This document shows positions 53,932 to 62,458 of a DNA stretch of 63,804 bases, in pieces. The notes under the pieces were generated by a model. It saw only the letters and a list, made by a program, of their open reading frames with translations, was not told the origin of the DNA and searched no databases. The DNA comes from an uncultured Thermotogae bacterium (GTDB taxonomy: Bacteria > Bipolaricaulota > Bipolaricaulia > UBA7950 > UBA9294), in assembly GCA_964447445.1 (NCBI GenBank), contig CAYUSW010000007.1, positions 1 to 63,804 on the forward strand, given 5' to 3'. Position 1 is the first letter of the stretch. Each line of letters begins with the position of its first letter. Made by a program: the position numbers and the translations under genes.

Positions 53932-54717
53932 ATGGCCTTCTGGAAGTGGAGCGAATGGCGACGCGGCCGCATCCGCCGCCGCGGCTTCCCCGCCGCGTGG
54001 ACCGACATCCTTCGCCGAACGTTCCCTCGCCACGCTCGCCTGTCCCCGGAAGACCGCGCGGAACTCGACGGACTCGTCCTGGTCTTCCTGGCTGAGAAGC
54101 GGTTCGATGGCGCGGCCGGGCTTGAGGTCACCGACGAGATTCGCGTCACGATTGCCGCTCAAGCCTGCCTCCTCCTGCTGCATCGGGGTAGCGACATCTA
54201 CCCGGGACTCGCCTCGGTGATCGTCTACCCAGGTGAGTATCTGGTGCGACAGCGAGTGTGCGACGAGGTCGGGCTCGTTCGCGAGGGCACGCAGGTGCGG
54301 CTTGGCGAGACGGGCGCCCGCGGCGCGGTGGTCGTGTCGTGGGACGCAACCCTGCGGGGCGCTTCGGGCGCGAACGGAGGCAGGAACATCGTCTTCCATG
54401 AGTTCGCTCACCTCCTTGACGCCCAGTCCGGAGGGTTCGATGGCGCTCCCCCTCTCGCGTCTCCTGCGCGGTACAGCCAGTGGGCGCGCGTGATGGCCGA
54501 TGAGTATGCTGAGCTCCGTGCCCGCTCCGAGAGCCACGAGCCCGGCGCCCTCGATTCGTACGGCGCCACAAGCCCCGCGGAGTTCTTCGCCGTCGCGACC
54601 GAACGCTTCTTTCAGGAGCCTCACGGGTTGTCGCGCGACGTGCCTGCGCTGTTCGACGAGCTGGCGCACTACTACCGGCAGGACCCTCGGCTCTGGGAGA
54701 GTCCGCCGTCCGGTTGA
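53932..54717 (+). CDS. MtfA-like zinc peptidase (M90 family)
   Basis: Start is the ATG at 53932. HEFAHLLD zinc motif, and the downstream SPAEFFAVATERFF typical of MtfA-family proteins. Confidence 0.75.
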   Translation: MAFWKWSEWRRGRIRRRGFPAAWTDILRRTFPRHARLSPEDRAELDGLVLVFLAEKRFDGAAGLEVTDEIRVTIAAQACLLLLHRGSDIYPGLASVIVYPGEYLVRQRVCDEVGLVREGTQVRLGETGARGAVVVSWDATLRGASGANGGRNIVFHEFAHLLDAQSGGFDGAPPLASPARYSQWARVMADEYAELRARSESHEPGALDSYGATSPAEFFAVATERFFQEPHGLSRDVPALFDELAHYYRQDPRLWESPPSG

Positions 54718-54773
54718 GACGCGGCTGCGACGCATCGCGGGCATGCTGCAGGATCTCCAGCAGGAGGATGCCA

Positions 54774-55613
54774 ATGCCTGAACTGCCCGAGATCGTCTGT
54801 CGCTCGCGGGAAATGAATGAGCGGCTCGCTGGCCGCGCGATCCGCGAGATCGAGGTTCTCCAGCCCAAGTGCCTCAACGTTGCAGTGGATGAGTTCCGTC
54901 GCGGACTCGTCGGCGCGAGGATTCGCAGCGTGGCGCATCGCGGGAAGTGGCTGCTCGTCGAGACATCGAACGGACACCTTCTGCTGAACCTAGGGATGGG
55001 TGGCGAGATCCTGCTTGTGCCGACGGGTAAGCTGCCGAACAAGTGGCGCGTTCGCCTAAACCTTGATCACAGCGAGTCGCTCGTCGTCAACTTCTGGTGG
55101 TTCGGCTATGCACACTACGCGCCACCTGGCCGCCTGAGCGAGCATGCGATGTTGGCGAGCCTCGGCCCCAACGCGCTCGACGTCTCGCTCGACGAGTTCC
55201 GGGCGCTTCTCGCCGGGCGCCGTGGCGGAGTCAAGTCGCTGCTTCTCGATCAGTCGAACCTCGCTGGAATCGGCAATGCCTACATCCACGACATCCTCTT
55301 CCGCGCTTGCCTTCACCCGCTGCGGCCGATTCCCTCGTTGTCGCGAGGCGATGTCGATCGCCTCCACGGCGCCATCCGCGCCGAGCTCGAACGCAGCATC
55401 GCCGTGGGCGCTGCGTTCTACGAAGTCGATCTCGATGGAAAGGCGGGCGGGTTCACGGCCTCTGAACTTCTTGTAGGCTACTGCGAGGGCAAACCCTGTC
55501 CCGAGTGCGGGGCGTCGATCGAGAAGATCAAGACAGGTTCGACAGCGTCGTTCATCTGCCCCCACTGTCAGCCGCTTCCGAAGGCGCGACCGAAGAAGAG
55601 GAACAGGACTTGA
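54774..55613 (+). CDS. mutM: Formamidopyrimidine-DNA glycosylase (Fpg/Nei family)
   Basis: MPELPEI N-terminus with the catalytic Pro2, GIGNAYIHDILF (H2TH), and the C-terminal zinc finger CPECG...CPHC. Confidence 0.85.
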   Translation: MPELPEIVCRSREMNERLAGRAIREIEVLQPKCLNVAVDEFRRGLVGARIRSVAHRGKWLLVETSNGHLLLNLGMGGEILLVPTGKLPNKWRVRLNLDHSESLVVNFWWFGYAHYAPPGRLSEHAMLASLGPNALDVSLDEFRALLAGRRGGVKSLLLDQSNLAGIGNAYIHDILFRACLHPLRPIPSLSRGDVDRLHGAIRAELERSIAVGAAFYEVDLDGKAGGFTASELLVGYCEGKPCPECGASIEKIKTGSTASFICPHCQPLPKARPKKRNRT

Positions 55614-55653
55614 CCGTCTACTCGCGGGCGGCGGAGCATGCGCCACCGCTTCG

Positions 55654-57843
55654 CTAGCGCAGTTCTTCCATCACCAAGTCGTCAAACTGGATCCGCGCGT
55701 CCCGCGTCGTCGAGAGGTTCTCGACATACAGGCCTACATAGCCTCCTTCGGCTGCCAACCAGGGATCGTCTTCTAGCGGGACGACGAGCACCATCGTGCC
55801 GTTGAGCTCGCACACGACACTCTCCCCGGTCAGGGTCATGGCCAGCCGGTTCTTCTCCGGGTTCATGACCGACGCCGGGCACGGCGTCCAGTCGCTGCGC
55901 CACATCACCCCTGCGGATGCGCTCCACTCGGTGAAACTCACCTCGCCAGAACTCCTGACGAGGAAGCTGCAATCCTCCTCATCATTGCCCCGTATCTTCG
56001 CAACGATTGCGACCACTACCTCTGCTCCCCGCTCCCATTCCGCGTCGATCGACACTCGTAGCTGGTCGAGGAAGGGTCCCGCCGTGGTGCTCCAGACGGT
56101 GAGGCTCTCCTCTGGCTGGAGAGCCATCCGATACTCGCCTCCGGCGACTTCGATCTTCCCCGCTGCATCGGCGCCCTGATACCAGTCCCCGCCGTCTTCG
56201 AAGCTCTCTGTGTTCACGAGCGTGCCCGTGCACACTTGGGCCTGAGTCGCTTGGAGAGCTTCGAGTTGGCCGAGGACCAGTGAGCCTGGCGAGAGGTCGA
56301 GGGGATTGCCGCGTAGGTCGATCCAGTATCCTGACTTCGCCTTCAGGGCCGCCACGAGGGGGGCCAGATCCGCGATCTGGTTGCCCGAGAGATCGATGTT
56401 CGCATAGAAGCAGCTGAAGTCGTAGCCGCCATAGACCCCGTCGGACGAATCTGCCTCAAGCCAGCCGGACGGGAATCCTTCAAGCGTGGCAATCCGATTC
56501 CCGGAGAGGTCGAGCCACCAGAGCCTCCCCATGCCCTTGAAAGGCTTGAGAGACGCGAGTTCGTTGCCTTGAAGTTGCAGCGTCTGCAGATTCTCCAGCT
56601 CGATAAGGGGACTCATGTCCCGGACGTGATTCCCTGCCAGCACGAGGTACTCGAGAGTTTCGAGCCTTGCGAGTGACGAGACATCCAAGACCTCGTTGTA
56701 GGCCAGGTCCAAAGCCCAGAGCGCAGGGAGACGTCCCAGGGGGGAGACGTCCGTAATGCCGTTGTGATACAGAATGAGCGTTCTGAGGCCCGTCAACGCG
56801 GAGAGAGGCGAGATGTCTCGCACCTCGTTGACCCCGAGCCCCAAGTCAGACAGACGCATCAGACGGGCCAGTGGGGAGACATCGCGGATGAGGTTTCCCT
56901 CAGCCTCCAGCACCTTGAGCTTCGTGAGGCCTGCGAGAGGAGTGAGATCCTCGATCCGATTCCTCGACACGTCCAGGCCCACGAGCTCCGTCAGGGAGGC
57001 CAGCGGCTCGACGTCGTCGATGTCGTTCCACGAGGCGTCAAGCCGCCAGAGTGACGTCATCCCGGACACGACGGATAGGTCGCGAGCTCCAACTGCCTTC
57101 ATGCGCAGGTCTGTCAGGCGGGTGAGTCGGGCGAGGGGCGTGAGGTCCGCCAAGGAGTTGAATGAGACGTCGAGTGTCGTGAGGTTCACAAGCGCTGCAA
57201 GAGGGCTGATGTCGGAGATGTAGTTCCCTTCGACGTAGAGCTCCTCGAGCGCGCTGAGGTCACGAAGAGGGGATAGGTCCTCAAACATGTTCAGGCCAAG
57301 ATCCAGGTGTCTCAGCTTCGCCAATTCGGCCAGAGGGCTCAGGTCCGTGATCTGATTGTCAGAGACACCAAGAACCGTCAAATCTGTTGCTTGCTCGAGG
57401 CCCGCGAGAGAAGCGATCTCCCGCCCGTCCGCGTCCAACTGCGTGATCGAAGCTAGCTCCGCCCCGCGGATTGGGCCCGCAAGTCGAGGCACGGCTCCGC
57501 GCAGCGCGTCTTCCAGCCCCGGGTCGGCGAAGGCGACGGGGCCGTCTCTGTCCGATCCGGTGTACTGCCACTCGTAGTCCACAAGACTCGCGTTGCCGGG
57601 CCTCCAACTGAGACGGAAGGAGGTCCCAACCGGAACTCGGCCGCCGGAGAGGGTGATCTCCGCCGCCTTCCCCGTTGTGGACACGTTGGGCAGGCTGTCG
57701 TCGTGGTCATCGATCGTGACCTTCTCCGAGAAGACCACGCGCAAACCGGTCGCCTGATGACCGGTCGCGTTGGGCAACGACTCCGCCAGACAGCCGCTGG
57801 CGGCGCAGGCGGCCAAGAGGACGGACGCAATAAGGGCTTGCAC
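55654..57843 (-). CDS. Leucine-rich-repeat (internalin-like) lipoprotein with N-terminal beta domain and about 190-aa C-terminal domain
   Basis: GTG at 57843, 6 nt after AAGGAGG. Short signal with lipobox VLLAAC. About 16 LRRs of 22 aa (L..L..L..L.L..N.I.D(I/V/L)SPL). The C-terminal domain is of uncertain family. Confidence 0.8.
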   Translation of the reverse strand: MQALIASVLLAACAASGCLAESLPNATGHQATGLRVVFSEKVTIDDHDDSLPNVSTTGKAAEITLSGGRVPVGTSFRLSWRPGNASLVDYEWQYTGSDRDGPVAFADPGLEDALRGAVPRLAGPIRGAELASITQLDADGREIASLAGLEQATDLTVLGVSDNQITDLSPLAELAKLRHLDLGLNMFEDLSPLRDLSALEELYVEGNYISDISPLAALVNLTTLDVSFNSLADLTPLARLTRLTDLRMKAVGARDLSVVSGMTSLWRLDASWNDIDDVEPLASLTELVGLDVSRNRIEDLTPLAGLTKLKVLEAEGNLIRDVSPLARLMRLSDLGLGVNEVRDISPLSALTGLRTLILYHNGITDVSPLGRLPALWALDLAYNEVLDVSSLARLETLEYLVLAGNHVRDMSPLIELENLQTLQLQGNELASLKPFKGMGRLWWLDLSGNRIATLEGFPSGWLEADSSDGVYGGYDFSCFYANIDLSGNQIADLAPLVAALKAKSGYWIDLRGNPLDLSPGSLVLGQLEALQATQAQVCTGTLVNTESFEDGGDWYQGADAAGKIEVAGGEYRMALQPEESLTVWSTTAGPFLDQLRVSIDAEWERGAEVVVAIVAKIRGNDEEDCSFLVRSSGEVSFTEWSASAGVMWRSDWTPCPASVMNPEKNRLAMTLTGESVVCELNGTMVLVVPLEDDPWLAAEGGYVGLYVENLSTTRDARIQFDDLVMEELR
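56287..57462 (-). repeat. Coding tandem repeat: about 66-bp LRR units
   Basis: Periodic 22-aa units such as ITDLSPLAELAKLRHLDLGLNM, ISDISPLAALVNLTTLDVSFNS and IEDLTPLAGLTKLKVLEAEGNL. The repeats are diverged at the DNA level. Confidence 0.8.
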
Positions 57844-57883
57844 AGGCTCCTCCTTTAGGGCAGCACTCTGTACCTGTCGTGAT

Positions 57884-57892
57884 ACTCTAGCA
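57884..57892 (-). promoter_or_regulatory. Candidate extended -10 promoter of the LRR lipoprotein gene
   Basis: Minus strand ACGTGCTAGAGT, i.e. TGn followed by TAGAGT, 41 nt upstream of the GTG at 57843. No convincing -35. Confidence 0.35.
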
Positions 57893-58039
57893 CGTCCTCC
57901 CTTATCTTGGGGCTCGGGCGGGCAACCCGCGCCTCCGGAGGATCGGCACGCCAAGCTCAGCCGGGGGGGGAGGAGAAGCACGCCGTGGGTCGGCGCACTT
58001 CTGCTGGCGGCGGCGGTGGACACGACGTACCCTCGCGGC

Positions 58040-59269
58040 GTGAACGCACCTGAGCTTGCGCCGACTCCTGTCTCCGGCCGGATCAACCTGCCTCTCGCGA
58101 CGTCCGCAGTCCTCGTCGCGATCTCTAGCGGCGGGCTCGGCCTGCTCGTTCAGCTCTTTCTCAAGGAGCGTGGCGCCTCGGTGTTCCTCATCAGCGCCGC
58201 ATCGAGCCTCGGTTCGGTGGGTGTCCTCGCAGGGAGCTACTTCTGGGGCCGACTGTCGGATCGCGCCGGCCGGCGGGGCTTCCTCATCCTGACCTCCGCT
58301 GGCGTTGCGGCTTCCATCGCGGTTCTGGCGCCGCTTCCCGGCAACGGAGTCATCGTCGCCATGTCGTTCGCCCGCGCGTTCATGGACATCGGCTTCGCGT
58401 CGATGAGCCTTGCCATGATCTCGGCGGCCAGCGTCACTGCGACTCGGGCTCGCGGCATGTCGTACAACTCGTCCGCGCGTTCGCTCGGGTTCTCCCTCGG
58501 CGCTCTGGGCGCTGGCGCCGTGCTGGAGGGGCTCGGCTACCAGAATGGGTTCATCCTCATGGCGTTCCTCCCCGTGGCGGCTGCGCTGTTCATCCTCCGC
58601 CTACCGCGCGAGCCGAGGCCGGTCCCCATGCCCCGGCAGCTCATGTGGCATGCCCTCCGCGAAGCCGGGCTGGTGCGCCTCTACCTTGGGACAATCCTCC
58701 GTCAGTTCGGGACGAACGGCGCGTTTGCCCTCCTCTACGTCTACATGGATGACCTCGGCATCCCGCCGATCCTGATGGGCACTGTCAGCTCGCTCAACAC
58801 TCTCACGCAGGTGGTGGCTCTTGTCGCGTTCGGATGGGTCGCTGACCGAATCGGCAGGCGTAGGGTGTTCCTGCTTGGCTTCGGCCTCTCGGCGCTCCTG
58901 CCGTGCATTCTCGCTATGGCGAACGGCGTTCCGATGATGGCTCTGAGTTACGTTGTCCTGGGGATAGGTTTCAGTTCCCTCTACATCGGGTCGACGGCCC
59001 ACATTGGCGACCGAGTGTCGGTCGAACGGCAGGGGACGATGCTGGGGCTGTTCGAGATGGCGCGCGGGTTCGGCGGCCTCTTGGGACCGCTCCTTGCGGG
59101 CGTTCTCGTGCCGCTGGTGGGGTTCCGCGGCATGTTCCTCACGATGGCCGGCGTGTCGGGCGCCGGCTTCCTGCTGGTCATCGGGGAGCGCTTTCCGTTC
59201 CCCGGGCGCGGCCCGAGCGCGCCGAAGCCGGAGGTCCGATCGCCGGCTGTCGACGGCGGTTCGACCTAG
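58040..59269 (+). CDS. MFS transporter
   Basis: About 12 hydrophobic segments and the loop motif GRLSDRAGRRG between TM2 and TM3. The start is uncertain: GTG at 58040 or GTG at 58016. Confidence 0.75.
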   Translation: MNAPELAPTPVSGRINLPLATSAVLVAISSGGLGLLVQLFLKERGASVFLISAASSLGSVGVLAGSYFWGRLSDRAGRRGFLILTSAGVAASIAVLAPLPGNGVIVAMSFARAFMDIGFASMSLAMISAASVTATRARGMSYNSSARSLGFSLGALGAGAVLEGLGYQNGFILMAFLPVAAALFILRLPREPRPVPMPRQLMWHALREAGLVRLYLGTILRQFGTNGAFALLYVYMDDLGIPPILMGTVSSLNTLTQVVALVAFGWVADRIGRRRVFLLGFGLSALLPCILAMANGVPMMALSYVVLGIGFSSLYIGSTAHIGDRVSVERQGTMLGLFEMARGFGGLLGPLLAGVLVPLVGFRGMFLTMAGVSGAGFLLVIGERFPFPGRGPSAPKPEVRSPAVDGGST

Positions 59270-59306
59270 AGAGGTCCCTTCCGTAGACTCCGAGGGAGGA
59301 GGCACG

Positions 59307-60248
59307 ATGGCCAAGCGGAAGCTGTCCCTGGTTGTCCTCGCGGCGGGCATGGGGAGCCGGTTCGGCGGGGTGAAGCAGATCGAACCGGTGGGGCCTAGTG
59401 ACGAGATTCTGCTCGACTACTCCGTCTTCGACGCAGTGTCCGCGGGATTCTCGCACATCATCTTCGTCGTCCGCGACGAGGTTGAAGCCGTGTTGCGCGA
59501 ACGGCTGAGCCCCGAGCTCGCCGGCCGCTGCGGGACGGACTTCGTCCTCCAGCGCCTCGACGACCTTCCGAGTCCACATTCCGCGCCCTTGCCCCGCGTC
59601 CGGCCGTGGGGAACCGGCCATGCCGTCCTCGCCTGCCGCGATCTTCTTGTCGGACCGTTCGCCGTCGTGAACGCTGACGACTTCTACGGTGCGGACGCCT
59701 TCCGCCGCGTCGCTCGATTCCTTTCGCGAGAGGACGTGCCCGCGGCCTCGCGGAACGCGCTTGTCGGCTACGCGCTTGCGGGCACACTCACCGAGCACGG
59801 AGTGGTGTCGCGGGGCGTATGCGAAGTCGACGGCGAGAATCGACTGACCTCCATCGTCGAGCGCCACGGCGTCGGTAGCCGCATCCGGGGCGGCGGCCCG
59901 GGCTCCGAGATCGGCTATCAGGATGACGCAGGCTGGCACGCGGTGCCGCGCGATGCCATCGCCTCCATGAACTTCTGGGGCCTCGATCCGAGTCTCTGCC
60001 CACTCCTCGAACGCGAGTTCCGCTCCTTCCTCGAGGCGGGTCCGAGCGATCAGGACGAGTTTCGCCTTCCGTCTGCCATCGGCCAGCTGATCGACCGCGG
60101 TGAGGCCGCCGTGCACGTCTTGAGAACGGAGTCCACGTGGCTCGGCGTCACGCACCGCGACGACCTGGAGTGGGTGCGCCGCTCGATCCGTGCCCGGGTT
60201 GTCGCGGGAGAGTATCCGAGCCCATTGTGGCGGCACGACGGAGCGTGA
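59307..60248 (+). CDS. Sugar-phosphate nucleotidyltransferase family protein
   Basis: ATG at 59307 after GGGAGGAGG. LVVLAAGMGSRFGGVKQ (the GxGxR nucleotide loop), WGTGHAV and VVNADDFYG. Confidence 0.75.
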   Translation: MAKRKLSLVVLAAGMGSRFGGVKQIEPVGPSDEILLDYSVFDAVSAGFSHIIFVVRDEVEAVLRERLSPELAGRCGTDFVLQRLDDLPSPHSAPLPRVRPWGTGHAVLACRDLLVGPFAVVNADDFYGADAFRRVARFLSREDVPAASRNALVGYALAGTLTEHGVVSRGVCEVDGENRLTSIVERHGVGSRIRGGGPGSEIGYQDDAGWHAVPRDAIASMNFWGLDPSLCPLLEREFRSFLEAGPSDQDEFRLPSAIGQLIDRGEAAVHVLRTESTWLGVTHRDDLEWVRRSIRARVVAGEYPSPLWRHDGA

Positions 60249-60287
60249 ACGTGCGGTGGGCACGCAGCCGCCCAAGCCCCTGTCGAG

Positions 60288-61334
60288 CTAAGCGCCGCGC
60301 CGCGAGCGACGCTTGAGTGGCCAGGTCAAGCCCAACACGATCTGATACAGAAGAGTCCAGAACACCGCGAGGACGACCGTGATGCCCGCTGTGCCCTTTG
60401 GGTACGCAAGTTGGGCCATGCCCGAGCGCGACGTGTCCGTCCTCTCCGGGCGCGTTGTGACCCCGCGGATGAGAGCCGCCGGTGTCATCTCAGTCGTCTG
60501 TCCCATGACCCCGCCGGCCATGGCGGCCACACAGTCAATGACGATGTTGGCGTCACCTGTCCGAAGCTCGCCGAACAGGTCGCGGGCGAACAACTTGCGT
60601 TCGACCGGGTCGAGGCCGGAGAACCCGACGGCCACGTCCAGCGTGCCGACTCGTCCGATCGGGCAGTAGCTGTCCGTCACGACGACAGGAAGATCCACGC
60701 CGAATCGCTCTTGCAGGTCGCCGCGCAGCCGCCGCGCGCTGGCGCACGGATCGACCGGGAGGCGCGTCAAGTACCCTTCCGGGGAGTTCATCAGGTCGAT
60801 CCCCGCCTCGTTGAGGACTGTCGCGTGCATCGAGTGATAGAAGACGAAGCGCTCCACGCGGTGCGCCCCCTCGGCGGTCGGCCGTCCGTCGGCGGCGAGG
60901 TCCTCCGTGACTGCCGCGCTTCTCCGCCATCGAGAGATGAAGCGCATCGGCAAGAGCGCAGGGGCTCCTGCGTCTTCGAACATCAGTTCTAGCTTGCGCG
61001 GATCCTTTGAGAAGAGCTTCGCGACGAGTCTCGCCCGCAGCGACGGTCGGACGTCGGCCAGACGCACCGTGCGACCCTCGAACAGCGCCGTCACTTTCGA
61101 CGAGACGGCGAGGATGTCGCCCGGCTCCGGAACGATCTCCGCGCGCGCCATGGCGTCCGCGAGGACTGCCGCCAATGTGGTTCCCACCGCGTCAGCGGGA
61201 GTGAGTGGGCGGGGGACGGTCAGTCCGAAGGCGTGAAACGCGCGAACCCTGGAAGGCGCGTGTTTCTCCGTTGCGAGAGCCTGCTCCATGTGCGCCATGA
61301 CACGAAGGATATCGAACCCTCGGCGCCCCTTCAC
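60288..61334 (-). CDS. CofE-like (F420-0:gamma-glutamyl ligase fold) protein with C-terminal TM helix
   Basis: GDILAVSSKVTALFEGRTV, GIDLMNSPEG, VVVTDS and AAMAGGVMGQTTEMTPAALIRG, plus the terminal ITVVLAVFWTLLYQIVLGL. The GTG start forms a GTGA overlap with the CapA-like stop. Confidence 0.65.
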   Translation of the reverse strand: MKGRRGFDILRVMAHMEQALATEKHAPSRVRAFHAFGLTVPRPLTPADAVGTTLAAVLADAMARAEIVPEPGDILAVSSKVTALFEGRTVRLADVRPSLRARLVAKLFSKDPRKLELMFEDAGAPALLPMRFISRWRRSAAVTEDLAADGRPTAEGAHRVERFVFYHSMHATVLNEAGIDLMNSPEGYLTRLPVDPCASARRLRGDLQERFGVDLPVVVTDSYCPIGRVGTLDVAVGFSGLDPVERKLFARDLFGELRTGDANIVIDCVAAMAGGVMGQTTEMTPAALIRGVTTRPERTDTSRSGMAQLAYPKGTAGITVVLAVFWTLLYQIVLGLTWPLKRRSRRGA

Positions 61335-62458
61335 GTCCTCGATGGATCTGGCGGCTGCGTGGGGAAGACCTCATCGAATCGACCCTTCTCCCGCGACCTG
61401 GCGATCGATGGACCCGCAAGAGAGCGGAGGCGCGCGGCCCGGCCGGATCGTTCGTAGACGTACGGGAGCACGCGGTACCCGAATCTGGAAGGACCCTCCG
61501 CGAAAAGGTCGAGGACGAAGACCAGGCTGAGACGACACGGCCATCTGCGGGCGCATGGATCGTTGGAGATCGCGTTGCCGCCGCTGTAGAGGACGAGGCT
61601 GTCTCCGATCCGTTCGAGACCTTGCACCACGTGGGGATGATGGCCGAACAGGACATCGAATCCCCGCGAGGCGAGAGCTGCCGCGAGACGCCGCGTCGAC
61701 ACCTGCGGCGCATGGCGGAACTCCATGTCCCAGTGCGGGAAGCCGATGAGGAAGTGGAGACCGAGATCGCGCTTCGCAGCGCGCCAATCGGCTCCCTCAA
61801 CATCACGCGTAGTCCATGGCCGCGGAGCGCAGGCCCCGCCCGGGCGGTTTCTCCAGTGCGTCCAAGCGCAGAGCCCGACGCGCGCCCCGGTCTCGGCCAC
61901 CGTGACGAGCCTTCCCCCATCGTCTTGCTCCCGCAGGCCGACCACTCGTGCGCCCATTCCCTCGATTCGTCGCGCCGTCTCGAGGAGCGCACGAGCTCCT
62001 CGGTCTTCGGAGTGGTTGTTGGCCACGGAAACGACCAGGCGTTCAGGCTTCGCTCCAAGCGCGGCGACGTGCCGAGCAAAGGCGGCGGCCTCGAACTGGA
62101 AGCGGACTCCACGCACATCAGAGGTATCGGCGAGAGGAGACTCGCAATTCGCGACGACGAGATCAGCCTCCGCGATCGCCGTGGTCAGGACGGGATCGAC
62201 ATCGAGTCTGAGGTCCGCGGGCGTCGGCATGAGATCGCCGAGGAATGCGATCGTCGCGATCGGCTTGTGCATCCCGTCGGCTTCGCCCACAGGCGGAAGC
62301 GGCACGAACCCGGCCTTGCGAGGGGGCAACGGGCACGCATAGCGGAGCGGCCACGCCAGCGCCACCGGCCATGGATAGGGGATCCCCAGCGCGCGCCTCA
62401 GCGGGCCAACCTTCGGCCTGTCTGCCCAGCCCTCGCGCGCCGAGGCCGCGGCAGCCAT
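61331..62458 (-). CDS. CapA/PGA_cap-family metallophosphatase-like protein
   Basis: IAFLGDLM, VVANCESP, VANNHSEDRG, GFPHWDMEF and FGHHPHVVQG. The ATG at 62458 shares one base with the upstream TGA. An alternative start is the ATG at 62272. Confidence 0.7.
   Translation of the reverse strand: MAAAASAREGWADRPKVGPLRRALGIPYPWPVALAWPLRYACPLPPRKAGFVPLPPVGEADGMHKPIATIAFLGDLMPTPADLRLDVDPVLTTAIAEADLVVANCESPLADTSDVRGVRFQFEAAAFARHVAALGAKPERLVVSVANNHSEDRGARALLETARRIEGMGARVVGLREQDDGGRLVTVAETGARVGLCAWTHWRNRPGGACAPRPWTTRDVEGADWRAAKRDLGLHFLIGFPHWDMEFRHAPQVSTRRLAAALASRGFDVLFGHHPHVVQGLERIGDSLVLYSGGNAISNDPCARRWPCRLSLVFVLDLFAEGPSRFGYRVLPYVYERSGRAARLRSLAGPSIARSREKGRFDEVFPTQPPDPSRT

Noticed and set aside
56287-57462. 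Periodic repeat at about 66 bp, considered as a CRISPR-like or satellite array
   Set aside because: The period corresponds to 22-aa leucine-rich repeats inside one continuous, well-supported ORF. The units are diverged at the DNA level, and there is no repeat/spacer alternation.
59004-59306. N-terminal 101-aa extension of the nucleotidyltransferase track ORF
   Set aside because: It overlaps the 3' end of the MFS gene in another frame and is Arg/Ser/Trp/Cys-rich. The ATG at 59307 is preceded by GGGAGGAGG, and the nucleotide-binding loop starts right after it.
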